A stretch of DNA of 64,000 bases from Eledone cirrhosa (GCA_964016885.1 OZ024743.1:10354001-10418000); one strand, 5' to 3'. Positions 24,975 through 39,439 are shown, counted from the first letter of the stretch. The notes: a model not told the origin generated them from the sequence alone. Translations and numbers: made by a program.

Positions 24975-27900
24975 TTTATATGTTATAAAAATAGATTCTA
25001 CTGATCAGCAGTTAGACATTGGAATATTCATACCTGACTTGAAAAGAAGTCAAGTGAGGGCTGGAATCAGGAGGGGCATCTGGCCATAGAATTCTGCTTC
25101 AGAATGTTTCATTCAGCCCAAGATTGAAAATGGGCATAAAAGTGGTGATGACGTAGCTTATGATGAGGATCGTGATGGTGGTGGTGATAATGATGACAAT
25201 GGCAACAATGATAATGATGATGAGAAGGCAGAGGAGGAGGGGTGGATTTAATAGGGGTGTAAGAGGAGTGGGAAAGAGGGGAGAAGATGGATGGGAATAT
25301 ATTTTGTTATATAGAATATTTTCGTTTTTATACTGTGGTAGTATATTAATAGTGCATGGCAGTATTTCAGTTAAATTTATATTTGGCAGGCTGTCCTAAT
25401 AATTTAAGATCCAGATTATAATTCAATTTTGAAATATGATAAGGATATTGTTAACTGAAGCATAACTGCCAAATTACCAGTGGGGATTGAACCATTACCT
25501 ACAAGGTATTTTACTAGATCCAAAACTATTGTCAGAGCAGCAGCAACAATAAAATTGACATCCATCACCATTTTAGATTTAATTCTTGCCATCTATTATT
25601 ATTTACACTTACAACTGTGTAATATACAAATTGCTTAAAAATAGCATTAAAGTATTATAAAAAGAGCAATGTTATAAGAAGACAAAATGAAACAAAATAT
25701 GACAGAATAAAAAAGGTAATCATATATGGATGCAATATTCTTTAGTTGAATATTCTAATAGATGATATTAATCTTCATCAAATCTGAAAATGATAACAGA
25801 AAGAGCATATACCTTTAACTTCTCCAAACTTGCAAATTCAAATATTTTTCCAAACTAATGTATCTGATGACTTCCTAAGTAGTTGATATCTGATTTGGTA
25901 ACATGAATTTTGATAGGTGACACCATGTCATTTCATTGGTTAAAGTTCATGTATATTTTGACAGGTTCACCTATCTTCAGTCATATATTTATTTTCATCC
26001 AAGAAATTAAAAAATATAAAGATAATACAATATATATTTGCTCTTTTTTTCTTTATTGTAAATTATTTTTTAAATAGCTAGTATTACAAAACTATAATCA
26101 ATGGAACTTAAATCGTAGATTAAATCATCTTTTAGACAAGTAAAATAGGTATCTATACGTGTCCATCTACTAAATATAAAGATGGTTATGTACTTAAACA
26201 GTGTTTCTAAGTTTCTATTTAATTGTTTAAAAACATGAAACCTCATTACTAATATAAAACTTGAATGGTATACAAGTAAAGTAAAGAAGATGATGAGCAG
26301 ATTGGACCAAAGAAACAATGTTTCTATTGGTCCTTCCATTGCTATTATCTGCTGGTCACAACTCCTGGCAGAAAGGGGTAGGATTTGAACTCAGAATGCA
26401 CAGAGCCAGATCAGATACTGCAAAATATCCTTTCTGACACTTTAACATTTCTGCCAATCTACTGCCCCTGAACTAGTGCAATTTGGCCTTGGTGCAATTT
26501 TAACTCAGATTCCAATGAGCCAGAACAAATATCAAGGCATTTAGTCTGATACTCTAACAGCTCCACCAATTTACCACTCTACATAGTGAAAACGGTCAAC
26601 AAAACCTCCAAAATCTGTGTTTAAGACAATAGCTCTAATACAAGTATTAATAATATGGTAAATTCTAGTGAGTTTCTGTGGAGTAATGTTTAATATATGC
26701 TACTGGTTAATAGAGGATGAATTGCTAGACAGAATTTAGATATTATTATCAAATAAAGGGAAAATACTCAAATGCCATGGAGTGGCTGCACTACTCATCT
26801 TTAAATTTTAAACTTTATTTCAGTATCAGAAACTTTTAATATATTTTGTATTAAATTAACATGTAAGGGGCTGAATAATCCATATAATTCTCAAATAGAA
26901 TCAATGTGCCAATATGATGAGGCAGAACATTTGCATCTTTAGAGCTACAATACACATGATGGTGGCTTCCACATAGTTTCTGTAGACATAACTTCACTCA
27001 AAACCTTGGGGCAATCCAAGCCTGTTGTAAAAGATACTTTCTCATGAAGCCGTAAATTGGGATCAAACTCAAAATATCATGATTGCTAAGCAAACATCTT
27101 AACCATTCAGATATTACTGCATCTATTTATTTATATATTAAATAAGACATATTGGCAAAATATGCATTATTGTATGAGAATTAAAATCATTTTTAGTATT
27201 AATTGTACAATATACCACAAATCAAATAATGTGAGACATATGTATGTGATTTATAATTGCTGAATCACTAAACAAATGTCCTTATTAACTTATATTTTCC
27301 TCAAAAGACTCTCCATACAAACAAAATTCATTATGTTATATATTATATGGTATAACGATTAGTTAACCCCAATCACTTTTCCAAGCAACTAATGCATTCT
27401 GAATGAAAGAGCAGATGGTCTATATATTCTACATTTCAGAAAACTTCTGAGGAGAATCAAAATTGAAATAGTCAATTTGTTGAGCATATGAACCACATTA
27501 ATTCCAAACATTTTCCACAGCATATACAAAATATGTTTACATAAACAAAATTGATTATACAGTTAGTATAACTAAAAAAAATTCTTTCCTTAGTATCTAT
27601 AGATAAATTTATTCACTTCAAGTTGCAACCGTCATGCGAATTTTCTGAAATCCCAATAGAAAAGGCCACATTAAAGAGAATATTAGACACAATGTTGACT
27701 TTCATCAATCAGTCAGTATTATATTTATATGATGCCAGCAAGAAAAGAAGAGTCATTTGTATAACCTCATATCACATATTCACTCATAAGTCATATGATT
27801 TATTTCCTTCAAAGCCGGTTATTTTATAATACAACTTAATCTATGAAGGATGAGCAGTAACCATGAACTTTATAAGCCCTCTGAAACTAGATAATGTAAG

Positions 27901-28836
27901 GAAAGTTAAATAGCTACAGCCAGTTCTCAAACCAGCTTTCAGTTATACAGACCATCATTAGCTTAGATTCTACAACATAGTGCTCACCAACCTTTCACTG
28001 CACACTGAAAACCTCTGTTCTGCTATTAGTACATGATTTTGAAAAGAGAAAGATGCTGCTTTCCTTTTGGTAAGTATAGTTTGCATGTTCTATCTAATAG
28101 CATTAACAGAGAATATTTGTCATTTGTGATATGATTGAATGATGCAAATTGGTTGAAAAATTATTATGATTTGCTAGCTGATAAGAAATTTGGAAGTGCT
28201 ATAGAAATGGAAACTTAAAGCTACATAAAATGGCTTCTTAGAAAATTAAGCTTTGGTCAGGAATAGACAAGCAAAACAAGAGAAAAAGTGGATCTGTATA
28301 GATATGTGTAGATGAAATGCATGATGTTGGAGATGATGACATTGATGAAGTATAAAAAGGAAGGGGCGTATAATGATGATAATAAGGAGGGGGATGATGA
28401 TGCAGCAATTTTTGTTCTTTTTTATGTACTAGATTGAAACCTCAAAATCAATACCAATGAAACAGACCAAAAGTTTATGGCCTGTTTCATTGATTTGGCA
28501 GGATGGTTTTCTATTTCTACAGATACAATAACAAATAACACAAATGAAAAATGATCTACAACTAGAATTGAACTTAAGTAGTAAGACCATATTGGAGTAT
28601 TAAGCCCCATCTTCAGTGTGGTTACTATGGTTTTATCAGTCTTTCAATCTTTAATGTTTAATATTGTTTATTGAAATTTATTCACCCAACAAAAAGATGA
28701 TAAAAAAAATTGCTCTTGGAAAGGTTTGAACTCAGAATTTAAAGGACTGAAACAAATACCAAAGAGAATTTTGTCTGACATTCTAAACATTCTGTCATTC
28801 CATGCTGTAATGACTGTGCCAATAATAATAATAGTG

Positions 28837-29372
28837 GTTTCTACTATAGGTACAAGGCCAACAATTTGGGGGTAGGGGAAAATCGATTAGATAGACCTTG
28901 GGCATTACTGGTATTTTATTTTATCAACCCCGCAAGGATGAAAGGCAAAGCTAATCTCGGCAGGATTTGAACTTGTAATGTAAAGGGCCATAAATCTATA
29001 CCACAAAACATATTGGCTGATGCTCTATCAAATTCTGCCAATCCACCCTCTTTATGGTTCCTGACAATTTTGAGGGAGGAAAAATTTGATTAAATCGACC
29101 CCAGTGTATGACTGTTAATTTATTTTATCAACCCCTTAAGGATGTGAGGGAAATCTAACCTCAGTAGGATTTGAACTCATGATATAGTAATTGTTTCTAC
29201 TTTTGGCACAAGGCCAGCAATTATCCAAGTACATTACTAGTACTTTATATTATCGTAAGGATAAAAGGCAAAGTTAATCTCAGCAGGATTTGAACTCAGA
29301 CCATAAAGGACCGTAACTCTATGCTGCAAAGTATGGCATCTGACCCACTATCAATACTGCCAATCCACTGCC
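28837..29372 (-). mobile_element. Cluster of three SINE family 1 copies or fragments
   Basis: Family core repeated at ~28910, ~29115 and ~29240. Confidence 0.75.
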
Positions 29373-29409
29373 CTATATTAATGATAATGATATTGAATAT
29401 GTTCCCTCT

Positions 29410-30490
29410 TTCAGCCTAGATTCTGATCACAGAGCACTGTTGGCAAAACAAAATATTGCACCACTTCATCCATGTTTCAAGCTGAGAAGATAACGGATCA
29501 AGACAGAACATCTAAAAGAACCCACAATGAGATACTGAGACAGTGAATGATCAATGGCAGCATTTCCACATGCCAGATGTCACAAATGAAGTAGTTGGGG
29601 AAAAGTATATTGATGACACTAAAGAGAAAGAGATTCCTTTCTGGACACCTGATGTCAAAGCAGAGTGAAATAAAAGAACAACCAGCTCTGGATGTGGATG
29701 AATCAAAGAACTCAGGACATGAGAGTCAATTACATCAGTTTCAGAAACCATGCCAATGATATGGTCAGAGTGGCTAAAGTGCAAACCTGGGAGTGACTAG
29801 GTGAGGAGCTTGATAGAAATTTCCATGGATTAAAGAACTTTATAAATTCTATTGTGAAGTCATAAAGGAAGAAGAACCACAAGACCACCAAGGCAATCAA
29901 GGACAGTTGTGGAATGCTACTTGTCATCTCATGGCAGGTTGATGACAGATGGTTGAGTACTTCTCCACACTGATGAATATACCAACATATGGTATAGAAC
30001 AAAATGTTTGTCTTCAAGAGCAACTGTTTGAAGACAATGATGAGAATTATGAAGCAGCAACAGGCATCACTTTATTGAGGTGACGAAGGTTGTGAAAGAG
30101 ATGGTGAACAACAAGTCTACAGAAGTTGAGGATATCCCAGCTGAGATATACAAGCACAATAGTGATAGCACACTCCAGTGGTTAATGTAATCTTCAGCAC
30201 TACCTGGACTGAGGGAGTAATGCCATAATTGATCTGAGACCATGTGTTGAAACTAAAACAACTACAGCATGGAGAGTCATTTTAGTCATTTAAAAAACAC
30301 AAAATATATATCATATTTTTAGTGTCAACATTTCATGTATATCAGGCCATTATCTGCCTGATATACATGAAAGGAAACTAAACTGCATGCACAAACTATA
30401 GAGTGATTTCATTACTGCCACACATTGGTAAGATCTATAAAAGGATATTGAAACATCTCTGATATGTTGTGGAAAAGAAATTTTGTGAGT
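29410..30490 (+). mobile_element. Ancient RTE-type LINE relic (endonuclease end to RT start)
   Basis: DSDHRALL (29418), DIPAEIYKH (~30130), [17 protein letters not shown] (~30395). Many stops; an unrelated repeat is inserted at ~30228-30335. Confidence 0.6.
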
Positions 30491-30724
30491 GCAGCCTGGT
30501 CTCAGATTTAGCAGGAGCACCATAGACCTGATCTTTGTTTGTTAGATCAGAATAATTCATCCCAATACCACTTTTTGCTGCCATTCCGGGTGGACAGAGA
30601 GGTTTAGCCATTTCAGCAACATTGTGGGAGAGCATGTTCAGCTTTCCCTGCTTGTATGATGGGTTGGTCAAGAGAGGTAGGTCTATGGTGGGGTACATAG
30701 CTGGTGAAAGGTGGAGTGTTAAGA

Positions 30725-30769
30725 ATATATATATATATACATATATAGATATATAGATATATATATATG

Positions 30770-30850
<81 letters not shown>
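30725..30850. repeat. (TA)n microsatellite
   Basis: Direct reading. Confidence 0.95.
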
Positions 30851-30853
<3 letters not shown>

Positions 30854-31009
30854 GAAGGGGTATTTAATTTGTTGGAAGTCCGACAAATATAAATGTTTAT
30901 AACTGATTTAGAGCACTCAACAAGTTACTGGAGTAAATATTCAATAATATTAAACGGATTCCTTTCTGATATACTACTACTGATATACTACTTTCTGATA
31001 TACTACTAC

Positions 31010-32011
31010 TTCTCTATTACTCCTAGTTTACTTAATAACGCTCTTATCTATGCATCTAAACATACAGATTTATCTAGTGAAGAAATGCATATCATTTTAA
31101 CTTCACGGAAAACTCTAATTGAATTCAACAATCATCTCTGGACAAGAGCCGATAGAAAAAATAATTTTGATATCACCATGGGATCATCTGACTCGGCGCA
31201 AATAACGGATCTTGTGGGGTTATTTATTAATAATACACCGCATAGAAAAATACCAGAGATGACCGGTGGTTTATATCGTGATGATATGCTGCTTTTAATT
31301 GAAAATCATAGTAATTGTGAAATTAATAGGAAAAGAAAATCCATAATACAATTCTTCAATAGCTACAACCTTAAGTTAGAAATAGAGAATAACTATAAAA
31401 TTGTTAACTTTTTAGACGTAACATTAAACCTTAATACAGGGATCTACTATCTATTCCATAAAATTAATGAGAATCTGAACTATGTAAGTTTTAACTCTAA
31501 TCATCCTAGATCTATCAAGAACACTATTGTCAATTCTGTCCAACAACGGATTTCACGCATCTCCGCTAATAAAAACATTTTTGACGATAAGGCAGAATAT
31601 TATAATGAAGCTTTAAATAAGATTAAATACATCGACAACAGTAATAAGGCAAATAAACCTACTATTAATTGTAATAATAATAACAAATTTAACTTAAACT
31701 CTAAAACTAACAGAAGAACTAGAACTAGAAATATTATTTGGTACTCACCCCCATTCTCATTAAGCGTTAAAACACCTTTAGCAAAGCTATTCTTTAAAGC
31801 ACTAGATAAATGTTTTCCTAAATCCCACAGATACCACTCAATCTTTAACAGACATACTATAAAACTATCCTACTCTACTACTATGAACATAGCACAAAAT
31901 ATAAATAGAATTAATAATAGAAATTTAAACCCTAACCAAAATAACCAAAATAGCAGTAATATCTCTAGCAATATCCAACATAATAGTATTGTTCCATGTA
32001 GTGAATGTTAG
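31010..32011 (+). mobile_element. Penelope-like (Naiad-type) RT fragment truncated at both ends
   Basis: FDITMGSSDSAQITDLVGLF, GLYRDD, VNFLDVTLNL, SNHP, WYSPPF..IFNRHTIKLSYS; homologous to the 9.5-kb element. Confidence 0.85.
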
Positions 32012-32567
32012 ACACTGTTCTCTGTAGTTTGTCATCACCCCTTTCTTCCTCAGTAATCTCTAGTGTGTAATGGAAACACAGACGGATGGACGGAAGTCAC
32101 TCAAATTTATATATAAACATTTGTTTAACAGAAAAATTAGTGTTGGATAAAAGGCTTTACAGTAACAGGCTTTACACCTAAGATAATTTTTTCGTTTCTT
32201 TTTTTAGGGTTTAATAAAATGAAGTACCAAACAAGTAGTGAGATCAAAGTAATCGAATATGCTGTTCCCTACAAATTGTTGCTTTTGTATCTAAATTAGA
32301 AACCACTTTTATAACTATTGTGTGGAAGAGCCATTTTAGGGATTAAACAAAAATCTATTAATGTTACATTATATATATCATTTGTTTCTCGTGTCAAAAT
32401 TTTCACCCCAAAATTTTCACCTCGAAAATTTGACATATGATATATATTTTGTGTATTTTTAAATGGCTAAAATAACTCTTCCATGCAGTAATTGTTTTAG
32501 TTTCAACACATGGTCTCAGATCAATTTACTTGCCAAACATATAACTCTGACATTATTATATTTTTAT

Positions 32568-32757
32568 GGTGGATTGGCAGTATTGGTAGAGGGTCGGACG
32601 CCATGCTTTGACGCATAGAGTTACGGCCCTTGCCATTCTGAGTTCAAATCCAGCCGAGGTTAACTTTGCCTTTCATCCTTACGGAGTCGATAAAATAAAG
32701 TACCAGTAATACATTGGGTAATTGCTGGCCTTATGCCTAACGTAGAAACAATTATTA
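32568..32757 (+). mobile_element. SINE family 1, near full length (older copies follow at ~32773-32990 + and ~33130-33295 -)
   Basis: tRNA-like head with GAGTTCAAATCC and family core. Confidence 0.8.
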
Positions 32758-33317
32758 TATTTTTATATATATAGGCAGTGGATTGGCAGAAAAAGACATG
32801 AACTGATAGAATCAGTAGAGCATCACATAAAATGCTTTGCAGAATCTGTTCCAGTTCTTTACATTTTCAGTTCAAATCCTGCTGTACCTTTCATCATTCA
32901 AGGGTCAATAAAATAATTATCAGTCAAGTATTAGGGTACATTTTAACAAATAACACTACTTCCAAATTTCTGGTCTTGTGTAAAAAAATATTGTTTGTAT
33001 ATTATGTATAAAATATTCTTTTTATTGATAGTCTAATTCACTGAATCTCTTAAAACCATTGGCTGGCCAAGTCTGATGTGGGTGTTTTAAATCTTCTTCT
33101 TCTTTAATTCCATTTACATCTAGGAATACCCAACAAATATAAAATTGACCCCAGATGTTGAGTTGTACTTTATTTCTTCTTCCCATCCACAAGGATAAAA
33201 AGATAATGTTGACCTTGGAAGTATTTGAGCTCAGAATGTAAAGGGGCATAACTAAATACTGCAGACATTATGTCCAACACTCTAAACATTCTGGTACTCT
33301 TTCTCTCGCCCCTCACC

Positions 33318-33320
<3 letters not shown>

Positions 33321-33397
<77 letters not shown>
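33321..33397. repeat. (CT)n microsatellite
   Basis: Direct reading. Confidence 0.95.
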
Positions 33398-33399
<2 letters not shown>

Positions 33400-33919
33400 T
33401 TTTAACTCTCTCCTCTTATATAAATCTGTCTTTTTTTCCCTGTCAGTGTCTTACTTGGCCAAAATGTAAAAATATATTTCCTTTCATCCTTATATTGAAA
33501 CTTTCATTCAGTCACTCTCACTTGCTCTCTCACATTTAGCTACATAATATTATGTCTCCTTCTAGCAAATATTTTTGGGTAATAATGGTTGTTTGTGGTC
33601 TTATCAGGGTAGATGGAGGGGCTGTAGTGGTAGTGTGTCTTTGATCATATTTATCCACATTTTATTATGTTTCTTTGTTATTTTCTTTTGTTTGTCTTCA
33701 ACTTATTTTTCCTTTCTCAGTATTACATTTATCGTTTTCCTTTTTCTTTTCTTTTTGTAATTTTCTACAAGAATTTTCTTTTTCGTTTATTGGACATCAG
33801 TTGTTGTTTAGCCACAGGTCAGTCTAACCCAGCTGACCTATAATAAAAAACATTCCAGCCATGACGATCCTGTCTTTTTGTGTACCAAAGATTACATTGT
33901 ACAATAGATCGTTACTGTC

Positions 33920-34536
33920 TTAACCCTTCTGACACCAAACCTCCTCTTATTTTATGGTACAAATTTATTTGTTTTAGAATGTTTATATTTATCTAAAAAT
34001 CATAATCCTTCATAAGAAACTTTGTTAAGTTATGATCCAAATGCTTGTTTTATAATAAAAGCTTTAGTGAAAATATGAAATTCTTTCAAATTCATATTTT
34101 TTTTAATTATTTCAGAATCGCAGGCAGTGTATGTGATGAGAAATACAGTGATACTTCACTTTACGAGTTTAATTTGTTCCATGACCGAGCTCATTTTACG
34201 ATTTACTCGTTTTACAAATCAATCTTCCCATTGAAATTAATTAAAATATAAATAATCCATTCCAGCCCCCCCAAAACCACCAAAACAATATTTTTTATGG
34301 GTTTTAAAACAAAAAGGTGCAGTTACAAGGAAAATGCCAATTATAAAAACATAATAAAAGAGAATGCAAAAGAAATACGCAATCTGGTATTATTAATCGT
34401 ATAAAACTTGCTCGTACTGCAGATTTCCGCTCATATTACAAGACAAAAATTCACATTAGCCTCAGCTCATACAGCATATTACTCATACAATGGGGCACTC
34501 ATACTTCGGGGTCATACTGTATAACAAAATGGTTAA
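33920..34536 (+). mobile_element. TTAA-flanked MITE-like repeat carrying a nested Tigger-like MITE
   Basis: TTAACCCTT...AATGGTTAA termini; body homologous to 13751-14150. Confidence 0.55.
34146..34519 (+). mobile_element. Tigger/pogo-like MITE
   Basis: TA|CAGT...ACTG|TA termini with degenerate TIRs and CTCGT-type subterminal repeats. Confidence 0.65.
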
Positions 34537-34619
34537 AATTATACTGTATATGAGGGAGATTTGACTGCTATTTCTAGCAGATTGCACAGTCATATAGATT
34601 TTCCTTTGTGGTCTCAACT

Positions 34620-34790
34620 TCTTCTTCGCCCACTTATTTCTGAGAGGGTCAAGGGAGCAGAGACCTTAAATATTCCTTCCAGTGACTCCTGTCTGAAGCA
34701 ATCGTTTCCAACTGATTTGGCTGGATCCCCAAGCGTGACCAGCCAAGCTCATGAATGTTATCCAACCATCTTGCTTGGGGTCTACTATAG
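34620..34790 (-). mobile_element. 3' end of an old RTE family with (GAA)n tail
   Basis: Reverse complement of 43065-43237. Confidence 0.65.
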
Positions 34791-36197
34791 GCAGTGTCTA
34801 TCATAGGTAGTGTCTGTCATTAAGAATTTAACAAAAGGGCTAAAGTTATACAGTATGGTATGAGGGAGATTTGACTGCTATTTCTAGCAGATTGCAGTCA
34901 TATAGATGTTCCTTTGCTGTCTCAACTGCAATCAGAACATGTAAACATATATAAACAAATTATAATATGTGTATCCCAGTTTTAGATTAGGTTCACAGTA
35001 TAATCTACATGTTATAAGAGGTAACTGTTGGCAACAGGAACACTGCTACAAAAGTCTATCTTCCAACCTATTCCAGCATTGCCAAACAAACTGTAAACAC
35101 AGAATGATGATAAGATGGATGATGATGATGATAATGATGAGGCAGAAGGAAAGAAGACAGACAGGAGGAGGGGAGTAGTAGTGATGATGAGGATGATATA
35201 ATATATATAGTAAATTTTTCTGAAGAAATGTTAGTTACTATCTCCAGTAATCAAGTAAGTAAAACAAAAATGAAAATGTAAAAAGTACTAAAAAATACTA
35301 AAATAGAAAATGTCCAGCCTTGTTTTTTTTGTTTTGTTTTTTTTTCGTTTATCTGATTTCCAACTTAATGGTATGTTTATTTTAATTTATTTATTATTTA
35401 GCCTGACCGGTTAACCAAATGAAATAACAGCTATAATGAGAAGAAAAATTAGAAGGGTGAATGGCAATTCTTATCGAGAAAGACAAAGATAAGATACCTC
35501 ATTTAATTTTTAATTAATCATAATTCCAGAGTCCTCTCCCTTGCTTACTTGATAAAATAAATGTTATTACCTAAATGTTGTTTTCTTCTTACAAGTGTAA
35601 TTTAAATTGATTGAAAATTCATTTTGGCTCACTGCATTTAGTATGTCAGAATGCACTTGACTGTATGTTCTTCATGCTCAAGGAATCCCTGAGAAATCTT
35701 CTACTGAAAGGAACAGGTTAGTTAGTTTCTGTAAGTTAGCATGCAAAGAGAGATTATCTCTTGTATGTCTGCACCTGACTGGAAACTAGTTTAATTAATC
35801 CAAAATACAGTCCAATGTTAATGTAAAGCCATTTCTGTTTCAGAAGCAAATAATTCAATATAGCATGCATACTTCATTCTAATGAACTTTTGTGTAACTA
35901 TGTTAATTCACTGGAGGGATAACATAGCTAGCACTGAAGAAGCCAAACAAGTAACATTTGAAACTTATGAAATATAATGATAAATAACATTCAAAGAGAA
36001 AAAACATCTACTTTGTTCAGTAGCTGCTAATGTTTTCCAACATGTGGATGACTCTATTCTTATTACAGATTATCAGAGTCGCTCAAAGGTACTATTAAGG
36101 AATTAAAAAATTACTTCACATCTCTTTCTCTAGTTTAATATCTTTCAAAGTGACAGGCTGAAGACCAGTATTTTGGAAGAGACTAATGAATACTCAT

Positions 36198-36426
36198 TTA
36201 ACCCTTTGGCATTTAAATTACTCTATATTTACTATTACATTTTCACTGCAAAGGCTTTACCTCACATAACTATATCACACAATATCGAATCTATGAAATT
36301 TTGATATTATTAATTTTGAGAGCAATACCTTAATATCAGTATGAGCAGTCAGTTACAACAAGTTTGAGCAGAAAGAGGTGAGAAAATTCTGGCCAGATAT
36401 GGCTGGTTTAAATGTTAAAGAGCTAA
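36198..36426 (+). mobile_element. TTAA-CCC MITE (piggyBac-type ends); second, 3'-truncated copy at ~61199-61395
   Basis: TTAACCCTTTGGCATTTAAA ... TTTAAATGTTAAAGAGCTAA imperfect TIR; two homologous copies in the window. Confidence 0.6.
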
Positions 36427-36455
36427 GAAGAAAAATGATATATGATGATGGTGAT

Positions 36456-37640
36456 CATCATCATCATCATCATCATCAGGTTTAGCGTCCGTGTTCCACG
36501 CTTGCATGGGTTTGGACGGGGGTTTTCCCACTTGAGGCAAGAGTGGTTGTCTTGCTCGCATAGGACTGTCTGGCGGGTTTTCTACAGTTGGATGCCCTTC
36601 CTAACACCAACCACATTTACAGTGTGGGGCTGGGAGGTTTTTACCGTGTTGCCTACACGGCCACATTACAGCGTGGACTGTCTGGCGGGTTTTCTACAGC
36701 TGGATGCCCTTCCTAACACCAACCACATTTACAGTGTGGGGCTGGGAGGTTTTTACCGTGTTGCCTACACGGCCACATTTACAGCGTGGACTGTGTGTTT
36801 TTTGTCGTGACACCTACACGATCTCATTTGTTTCGGCCTGGATGTTGTGGGACCAACATAACTTTACATTGAAAGGGGCGGTGTGGGTGGGGTGGAGGTG
36901 GTGGGACGGGGGTGTGTTTTGATAGAGATACCTACTGACTGTAGTAGGTTTTTACTTTGTATTTAGGTAAGGCGGGTCTTCTCTATTACTGAGTACCGCC
37001 AAAGGTCTCGGTCCAGTGACATTGTCTTGGAGAGGTGTAAGCGTGTGAGGTCGGAATTTATCAGCTCGTCCCATGTTTTTCTGGGTCTGCCTACTCCGTG
37101 GCTACCGTCTATCTTTATTGCCCTGCACTTTGTTATACAGCTGTCGTCTTTCATGCGCATCACGTGACCGTACCAACGTAGCCTTCTCTCGAGTAAACAA
37201 CATCTGATCCCTCTTATTTCTAATTTTTTCCTTAGTTCGTTTATGCTTTGCCGTTCACGTATATTACTATTGCACATCCAGCGGAGCATGCAAGCTTCGT
37301 TCCTCTCTAGTCTGCGTATATCCTCTGCACACAATGCCCAGGTCTCACTGCCATGCAGCATTGCTGTTCGTATGCAGGCATCGTATAACCTGCCTTTCAT
37401 TTTTAGGGAGAACCCTCTAGCGGCTAATAGTGGTATAAGCTCTCTGAACTTTTTCCATCCAGTTCTGACTCTAGCTACTGTACTTTCAGAGCACCCTCCC
37501 CCACTGCTGATTTTGTCACCCAGATAACGGAAGCTGTCCACTATTTCTATAGAACCCTCTGCGCAGTTGAAGGAGCTAGTATTTTGTGGGCACTTGCTGC
37601 TACTTATTGCACCAGAGCACCAGCCACATGTAAAATCTAT
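36456..37640 (-). mobile_element. RTE subfamily A, 5'-truncated, young
   Basis: Intact ORF2 end FRYLG..LHGSETW..RRLRWYGHVMRM..GRPRKTW; 3'UTR with two 112-bp units; (GAT)n tail. Confidence 0.92.
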
Positions 37641-38877
37641 GAATGTGTATGTGCGTCATATATATATAAATATTGTTGTTTGCATATCCTTCGTTCAGCT
37701 CTGGCTAAGTACACCTGTAATAAAAGTGTTGCAATCCTGCATCTTGTCCTTTTTTTCAAGCAATATGTATCTAGAAGTGCATTATCCAATGTGTTCCTCT
37801 TTTTATTTACTGCTGTTTCTAACAGGTCAAGTGACCACATAGAGAAAATATTCAATGAAGATGGTGAAGCTAAGCTTTTTCACTAAATACATATTATGTG
37901 ATCAATGAGTGAAAATGCTTTTTACACAATCCATATCAAATCATCATCATTATCTTTTTTACATCTATTTTCCTATGCTAGCATAGGTTTGATGAGACTT
38001 TTTGAGACAGTATTTTACGGCAGCATTTAACTCGAAATTTAGTAACAGATTGCTTGGAATAGATCAGAAACCATCTTCAATATTTGTTAAAAAAAACTTA
38101 ACTGATTTCTACCACCAGTTTTTCTTTTAAACTATCATGGAGATTGTACTACCCAGATTATGGTTACTGACTATTTATTTATGTTTTATTCCTGTTAAAG
38201 ATAAGGCTTGTTCATGTACAGTGGTTCCAAATTACAATGAGGTAAAAGGTAATTAGATAAAAGAATTAGAATAAGGTTCATGATTACACAAAAACAGTTA
38301 AATTCATTTTACATTTGTCATTTATTTCTTGGTGTCAACATTTCTTGGGACCTAATCGCTGACACAATCCCACTGCAAATAAATAACAAATGCAAAGTTA
38401 ATGTAATATTTTGTGTGTTCTTTTGTAGCTAAAATGACTCTTCCATAATGCTTTAGTTTCAAAATATGGTCTCAAATGAAATCACTTGCCAGACAAATAT
38501 AGCTCTAAAACATTTCAAGATTTAATCATCAAATTAAAGAAGGTCCACTAGAAAGGGTACTCTCAGCCCTGTTAATTCTAAATTGTGTTTCCAAAGCTGG
38601 AATTTCTTCTCTACTTCTTCCATAGATTCAACTATAAGAGTCAAATCATCAGCATGCAGAACTTCCCATGGACAGCCAGCCTTAAACTCCTCTCTTATAA
38701 TCGGGAGATACAGCTAATTAGATTATATCCCCCCTCCATGCACACGCACACATGTATTTCATGTCTCATACACAGTTCATTTTCCTGACATTTGAACATT
38801 ATTCTATGTACTATACATGCACCTTTGATGAGTTGTAGTGCACCTGAGCACTGTACACAATAATTTCATTATCATTA

Positions 38878-39270
38878 TTTAATTCTTTCTGTGACTTTCA
38901 TAATTTGGCTCATTAGTTTTATTCCCCTGCAGTTACCCCTTTCCAGAGCATTGCTTTTTTCTCTGTAACAATTAATGAGTATACTGCTGTGCCAGTCATT
39001 AGATATGACCTTATGTATTACCTGATTGACTATACAGTTTATTAGTTTGGATCCTATTTCCCTAAACACTTTCAGCATCTCAGTGACTATCACTGATGGT
39101 CCAATGGCCTTATCATTTGTCATCTGCTTGATTGCTTCTTTGACACTATAACTGTCAATTTTGATAGTTGGTCTCTCTGTTGAGTAAGCTGCAGCTAATG
39201 TCTCTTATTTCCATTCTCCACATACAGCCAACTCTCATAGTAGCATTTCCTGACCTCTTTTTTTTTGTGC
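38878..39270 (-). mobile_element. Old RTE RT N-terminal fragment
   Basis: KAIGPS..EMLK..DWHSSILINCY..ALERGNCRGIKLM, homologous to ORF 50496-51470. Confidence 0.7.
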
Positions 39271-39439
39271 ATTAGTGATGGTTCATGTTTTTACCAGATT
39301 GGAGATCAGGTAACTAGCTAGTTTTGTTAAGTTAGTGCTGTAAATGGTTAGTCGTTTGCATTACAGAATTCTAGAAGCAACTCTTCATTTCTTGAGCCAT
39401 AAACATAGTCACCATGTACTCCAGTGTAGCTATCTGTGA

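Noticed and set aside
28422-28610. Hydrophobic minus-strand ORFs (also 26070-26339 and 41405-41833) as receptor fragments
   Set aside because: No diagnostic motifs; hydrophobic bias is expected from T-rich DNA.
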